Assembly: GCF_009914755.1 (NCBI RefSeq)
Contig: NC_060936.1
DNA from: the human T2T-CHM13v2.0 reference genome, Homo sapiens
Length of the DNA: 64,000 nucleotides
Direction: 5' to 3' (one strand)
In this document: positions 51,608 to 64,000 of the stretch, piece after piece
Position numbering within the stretch: the first letter of the stretch is position 1
How the letters are laid out: every line of letters starts with the position of its first letter
Made by a program: the position numbers and the translations under genes
Notes under the pieces: generated by a model
What the model was told of the DNA's origin: nothing
What the model saw: only the letters and a program-made list of their open reading frames with translations
The model's database searches: none

Positions 51608-52046
51608 TAGGACAATTATATCCCTAAGGAAGAACAGGCTGATCAGCTGATAGAATGGGATGCTAACTTTCCCCCCACCTCAGTCAGCAAGCCGGATGTG
51701 ACAGAATAACAAGACTTTCTGCTATGATTTTAACACTAATAAAGTAGTTTGACAGATGGGCACAAGCTGTGGTGACAAACAGACCCTGCTTTGACTTCCA
51801 TCTCTGCCAAAGATGTACTGTGTGGCCCTGGGCAAGTCACTTCACCTCTCTGTGCCCCCATTTGCTAACTTAAAAAGGAAAGAGTAATATGGCCTACCTC
51901 TCATGGTTGCTGCGAGAGTTAATTAGATATCATTTAAATGCTTAGCAAGGTATGCTGGGCGCAGTGGCTCACGCCTGTAATCCCAGCACTTTGGGAGGCC
52001 GAGATGGGAGGATCATGAGGTCAGGAAATCGAGACCATCCTGGCTA

Positions 52047-52271
<225 letters not shown>

Positions 52272-52399
52272 CTAATAAGAGCATTAAAAATAGTTGCCAT
52301 AATTATTATATTATTGCAAATTCAGAAGACATCTTATTGGGGAAGGAGATGATGGCAGGATGTAAACGTTGTAAATCTGAAAATACCGCAGTACTGTGA

Positions 52400-52775
<376 letters not shown>

Positions 52776-52913
52776 TAAAGTGCTGGGATTACAGGCATGA
52801 GCCACTGCACCTAGTCACTTTGTGGTTTGTTTATCCAGAAAGGCGGAAAAAGCCAGGCATGGTGGCTCACACCTGTAATCCCAACACTTTGGGAGGTCAA
52901 GGTGGGCGGATCA

Positions 52914-53366
<453 letters not shown>

Positions 53367-54446
53367 CTATCTCACTGGAATATTCAGAAGATCACTGTAC
53401 GAACTGGTGCACACTCTCAAGCATGCTGGGTTTTTGTTGGTTGGTTGGTTGGTCGTTTTTTTTTTCTTTTTGAGACAGAGTCTCACTCTGTTGCCCAGGC
53501 TGGAGTGTAGTGGCACGATCATGGCTCACTGCTGCCTGGACCTTCTGGGTTCAAGTGATCCTCCTGCCTCAGCCTCCTGAGTAGCTGGGACTGCAGGTGT
53601 GTGCCATGACACTTTTGTATTTTTTGTAGAGAAGTGGTTTCACCCTGTTGCTCAGGCTGGTCTCGAATTCCTGGACTCAAGTGATCCTCCCACCATGGCC
53701 TCCCAAAGTGCTGAGATTACAGGTGTGAGCCACCTCAGCCTACAAGCATGTTACAAATACCATTTATGAGCTGATCTTTCCCTTAGGCAACACCCCCGAC
53801 ACACACACATTTTCTGTTAACCTGGGAACAAGGTCAAATCTTTTCCATCTCAAGGGAAAAATTATCTCCCATAACCTTGCATCAACCTTCAATACCAGTC
53901 TTAACCCCTTCACCAACAAACTTTTTGAGAGTTGTAGCCCACTTGCTGCCTCCCCCTCCTCGCTTCTGCTTTGGCTCTTTCTCTCTCCCCACCCTGAATC
54001 TTCTCTTTCCAAGGACAAATTCCTAGGGCCGGATCCAGGGCCTCCTAGTCCGGGTTTGCAGGCCTGCCTGGTGACCCTGACACGGCACTGCTCTCTGCTG
54101 CCTTCACTCTTTCTCCCTCTGGCCACCTCTCCAATGTTCGTGTCCCCAGGGCCCTCCCCCGCCCCTTCTTCTTGCCGTTTCATTCTCTCCTGGGCAGGCC
54201 CATGCATTCCCAAATCTGCTGGGCCCACACCTCCAGGGCCGAGCAGCCAGTGGCCATCTCCATGTGGCAGTTCCACAGGCCCCTCAGGTGGAGCTTATCC
54301 CCGTCCTGACACCTGACTTCCCTCCTGGGTTCCCATTTCAGGAAACACCCCACTGTCCACTCAGCTGCCCAAGCCAGACCGAGGTGCTTCCCTCATCCTT
54401 CACCAGTCACCAAGGCCCATCAATTTAGGCTGGGTGTGGTGGCTCA

Positions 54447-54761
<315 letters not shown>

Positions 54762-54965
54762 TCATCCTCTCACCTCCATCCCACCATCCCACTCTGATCC
54801 AGGCCATTCATCCATTCAGTGGCCTTTCATTGTGCACCTACTGTGTTCTAGGGACCATGCAAGGCACTGGGCACGTACATCTCTCCCTGAATCCTTAGAA
54901 CCCATCCTTACTGGTCTCCTCCACAAAACACTTCCCACCCAGAACCCTGCGTGAACGCTAGCACT

Positions 54966-55965
<1,000 letters not shown>

Positions 55966-56199
55966 TGACCTTGTGATCCGCCCACCTCTGCCTCCCAAAG
56001 TGCTGGGATTACAGGCATGAGCCACCGCACCTGGCCTCGCCCATCAGTTCTTTAGTCTGGTAGGAACACTCCCACACCCAATTCCCCACACAACCCCCAT
56101 TTCTTCTCACTCTTTCACGCCCAATCCAGGGGTCCCTGTTGGACTTCTGTGATGGGGGCCCTCCTCCGTTCCATTTGGAAGCTTTGGGTCATGGCATGA

Positions 56200-56806
<607 letters not shown>

Positions 56807-57229
56807 TAAAATGGAGTAACAGCATTTCCCGGGGAGGATTCTTGTAAGAGTTAGATATTGTAACCCTAGAAGTAGCTCCGTAGCTAGTTTTTTTAGGGAA
56901 AGGGAAAAGATTTGTATGGCCCAGATGCTGTCCTTATAATCCCACAGGTGGAGCCCTCCTCCCACAGAAATGAGGTCTTGTCTTCAGTTTTAAGAGTGAA
57001 AAACCAAAGTCCAATCTCTTTATCTCTGGTGGCAGAGATAAAGAAACTGAGGGTCAGAGAGGGCCAGGAGTTTGTCAGAAACCACAGGGCAAGTGGACAG
57101 CAATACTGAGAATGCAGACCCACGGATGCCCCCCGGGATAACTGTGCCTAGAATCTGTGGGTCCAATGGAGGGAAGAAAGCCCCCGAAAGGCGCTCACCT
57201 TTTCGGATGGGGTTTTCTGCCTTCTTCCT

Positions 57230-57700
57230 GTTGGACCTTGGGACTGGCCGGTCCCCTCTAGGGGAATCGGAGGCAGAGGCGCCTCCCGGAGTCCCCTGCG
57301 GGGCGCTCTGGAGCCTGTGCACCTGGAGGCCGGCAGACACTCCGGGCCTGCAGCGGGGACCCTCGGAGCTGGAGAGCTCCAGGAGGTGCAGGCAGCGCGC
57401 CACCTCCTCCAGACGGTACACGACGGGGCGTCGCGCCTCCAGGGCTAGGCCGGGCGGATGGAGGGGGTCCCCGGAGCCCGGGGGAAGTGGCGCAGTGGGC
57501 GTCTGCATCGGCCCGAAGGCACTTGCGCAGAGGTCCGGCAGGCAGCAGAGCACCTTGTGGGCGTGGTCGCTGGAGGCAGCGCCTGGCACCCCCATCTGGC
57601 ACAGAGCGTCCCTGCCCTGCCCCCTGGGGCTGCGGAGGCCACCTCCACGCCCATTTGCCATCCCTGAGCCGCTTCTGCGACCTGTGGGGGTGGGGCGAGG
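57230..57700. other. Small orphan CpG-rich island
   Basis: Local high GC and CpG density in otherwise CpG-poor, non-Alu sequence. It coincides with the 483-nt exon-like segment. Confidence 0.7.
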
Positions 57701-58077
57701 GTGACTGGGCTTTCTCTTCCCCTTTCTTTGGAAGTTTCTATGACATCCCAAGCCCAAGAGCTGCTGGCATTGTGTCCTCCTCTCACCTGTCATCTGGGGG
57801 TCGGGGAGACAGACTGAACTCACCAAACCACAGAGCTCGCTGTGCACCCCTGAATGGGACACTATCTCTTCCTTCATTCAACAGACAGATCTGGGGCTGG
57901 GGTCAAGAGCCTCCCTCTTCCCATTGTGTGCTTAGGCAACTCTCTGAACCTCAGTTTTCTCATCTGTAAAATGGGAATGCTAAGAATAATACCATTTTAA
58001 TAGTGTTTTCAGGATTAATAAGAAAACAACCAAAGTGTTTGGCATCCCGGAGGCCTGCAGCAAAGGGGCTGTTTCTG

Positions 58078-61562
<3,485 letters not shown>

Positions 61563-61980
61563 GTGTAGAGCACTTACCAGGGCCAGGGGCTGTTCTAAAC
61601 ACTTTCTACGTATATTTTGTTAATGAGAGGTATGTGGCACAGCAGCTGGCTCATGCCACATAAGCACAGCTGTTATCACTCCTCTGCATCATGTGATTTT
61701 GTTACAATCACTGTGTTTTACTAATCAGGAAAAACACCAGCAATAACAACAACAGGGAAAGCGAATTCCATTTTGGGAGCAGGATAGGGCCTTGGGCGAT
61801 TCTGTGGGCCTGGCTGGGACCTAGATGAGGGCAAGAATTTCAGAGGGCCCAGTCCCTCTAGGGCTATGCACTTGAGGTCTTCTCTCAGGAACTTCAGGAA
61901 AAAAAGGCAGAATTAGAAACCTTTCCTAGGAAGAATTAGGAACTCTTGTCCTAGAAGTCCAACTTGCCTCCTAAATAGAG

Positions 61981-62407
61981 CATGTGTGTGTGTGTGTGTG
62001 TATGCATGTGTGTATGTATGCGTGCATGTATGCGTGTGTGTATGCGTATGCGCACGTGCATGTGTATGTGTGTGTATGTTTATGTGCACGTGCCTATGTG
62101 TGTATGCATGTATGTGCATGTGTGTATGTGTATGCACATGTGCATGTGTGTGTATGTGTACGTGTGTGTATGCGCACGTGCATGTCTGTGTGTATCTGTG
62201 TATGTGTATGCGCACGTGCATGTGTGTATCTGTGTATGTGTATGCGCACGTGCATGTGTGTATGCATGTGTATGCATGCGTGTGTGTATGCGCACGTGTG
62301 TGTGTGCATGTGTGTGTGTATGCGCACGTGCATGTGTGTATATGTGTGTATATGTATGCACACGTGTATGTGTGTATGCACATGTGTGTGTGTGTGTATG
62401 CGTGTGT
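61981..62407. repeat. Long compound (RY)n simple repeat (TG/CA/TA/CG)
   Basis: About 430 bp of nearly uninterrupted purine-pyrimidine alternation with a recurrent TATGCGCACGTGCATG unit. Confidence 0.95.
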
Positions 62408-63022
62408 TTGGTGGTATCGGGGCATTGTCCCAGATCACTGCCCAGCTCCTGGCCTTGCTCAGTCTTGCACGCTTTCCAGCCCAGCCCATCCAAGCCCTGC
62501 TGCCAACCGCCAGTCCCAGCTGTCTGTTGTGGCAGATGTTTTTGGCTGTGCCATAGCAACGCCAGAACAGGATGTAACTTGGATCACAGCAGGGACAAGC
62601 CCACGCGCACAGGCCGCCCATGCCTTTCCCCTCCCTGAAGGCCTGTTGGGAAAGACTGGTCAGGTCCAGGTCGAGGACAAATGGTGTTTGTTGTCTGGAG
62701 AGAGGCAGACCTCATGTCCTCTTGGGGTCAGTGGCAGGGGAGTGGGAGGACATAGTGCAAATCCTAGCTGAGCGCCTCCTTCAATGAGCTCAGGTTTGCA
62801 TCCATTGGCTCTTCCAGGAGATGCTAAGGGAGTTGCCAGGTAGGACGAGAAACCACCTGTCAGCAAGGCCTGGCCTGTGGGGGCCGGCCTGTCTTCCCCA
62901 CGATTATAGCAACTACTCATTGAGGGATTACTTTGTGCTACTTATGCTAAATACTTTCTATAAACAAAGAATATAAAGATTCAGGGGCATTTACTTTGTG
63001 TTAATTACACAGTGCTACCCTG

Positions 63023-63957
63023 TTTTTTTTAAGGAGCGAAGGTTTAATAGGCAAAAGAAAAAGAAAGAGAAAGGAAAACTGCTCTGTTTCTCTAGTGAGA
63101 GAGGGGAGACTTCTAAGAGGAAAAGAGCCACCAGCGGAGGATGCACTGGATTTTATAGTCAGGTTTGAGGAGGCGGTGTCTGATTTACATAGCGAACAAG
63201 ATTACTTCCCTGAACTGTAAACTTCCCGCACATTGCATACACAGAGAGGATAGGAGATCCTTGCTCTGTCGCCCGGGCTGGAGTGCAGAGGCGTGATCTC
63301 AGCTCACTGCAGCCTCCACCTCCCGGGTTCAAGCAATTCTGTCTCAAACAAACAAAACGCAAAGTTGGAGATCCTGCTGCCAAAACCCCGTTGGGCAGTT
63401 GGAGGCCTGGGTCAGTCTAGAAGCCTTTGGATAACACCTGGGGTAGCCCCAGCCAGAAATCCTCAGTTGCTCCAAAACCTCTCCCAGCCCCACGTGACGG
63501 CTAAGTTCTCCATGAAAGGATGCTGGTTCAAACATGTCCAGCAAACCACGGGTGCTGGAGGATTCTCCATGTTCTCCCCAGTAAGACTGACGTCCGAGTC
63601 TTTAAGAATGGCAGCCACACTAACCGTGTTTTTAACTGGCTGATGGATACCCATTATTGATTTGACTTGGTTCTAAAATGGAGGCTGAGAGCCCTGAGAT
63701 GAAAGGTCAGAGGTGGAGTCTGCTCCTCTACTCACCGTTTTGATGAAAGTTGTACCTTGGTATCCGGACAAGGTCCCCATTATGAAGCTGCTATGTTGTC
63801 TGGGGTAAATACCTGGGGTTCGTCATCTCGCACCAGGAAAATTTAGGACATGGACACACATGAAGAGTTTGGGAGTGGAGGTTTAATAGGCAAAAGAAAG
63901 AGAAAGGAAAACAGCTCTCTCTAGCGAGAGAGAGGGGACTTCGAGAGGGAAAGACCA
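63023..63957 (-). mobile_element. ERV1 (MER4-group, MER50/MER61-like) sequence: R-U5, PBS, leader, partial U3-R, poly(A)
   Basis: LTR end ...CCCCAGACAACATAGCAGCTTCA at 63783 is followed by a tRNA-Pro-like PBS, TGGGGACCTTGTCCGGAT (63779-63762). Two copies of the R region lie at 63040-63129 and 63878-63956. Confidence 0.75.
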
Positions 63958-64000
63958 ACAGTGCTAGTCTTTATAATACTACTAGGAGGTTATTCCTGTT

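Noticed and set aside
53764-54316. 170-aa minus-strand ORF
   Set aside because: It partly overlaps L2-like sequence, has no clear splice boundaries, and resembles no recognisable protein.
57787-57793. Apparent 7-nt microexon CCCCCAG|ATGACAG|GTGAGA on the minus strand
   Set aside because: It is only ~30 nt from the E3 donor, too short for an intron, and would break the frame. It could at most be an alternative donor.
61571-61590. Strong minus-strand donor CTG|GTAAGT as a possible upstream exon end
   Set aside because: It lies in MIR-like sequence and I could not define a matching exon.
61913-62771. Long Cys/Val/His/Thr-rich ORFs up to 261 aa
   Set aside because: Artefacts of the stop-free RY simple repeat.

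Overview
Primate, almost certainly human, genomic DNA. It is very Alu-rich, with MIR, L2, old L1, MaLR/ERVL/ERV1 LTR and DNA-transposon fossils. A CpG-island promoter at ~19.0-20.9 kb drives a minus-strand gene. I recognise its non-coding first exon (~20146-20053) from memory as CORO1C (coronin-1C, 12q24.11), so bases 1-20052 would be intron 1 and the rest intergenic. No intact protein-coding exon is supported, and most ORFs in the supplied track are Alu, L1, L2 or simple-repeat artefacts. The most interesting signals are these. (1) Five phase-compatible exon-like segments on the minus strand (61017-56266) splice into a ~385-codon frame once three lesions are reverted: a nonsense codon, a 149-bp tandem duplication and a donor +2 change. 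This is a candidate decayed (unitary) pseudogene, with RFX motifs upstream. (2) An R-to-R, poly(A)-tailed, TSD-flanked retrocopy of an ERV1 transcript (63009-63972). (3) A ~1.9-kb internal inversion of an old L1 that also holds a 191-bp templated insertion. (4) A Y1 RNA retropseudogene with CpG-decayed TSDs. Repeat names and boundaries were judged by eye and are approximate.
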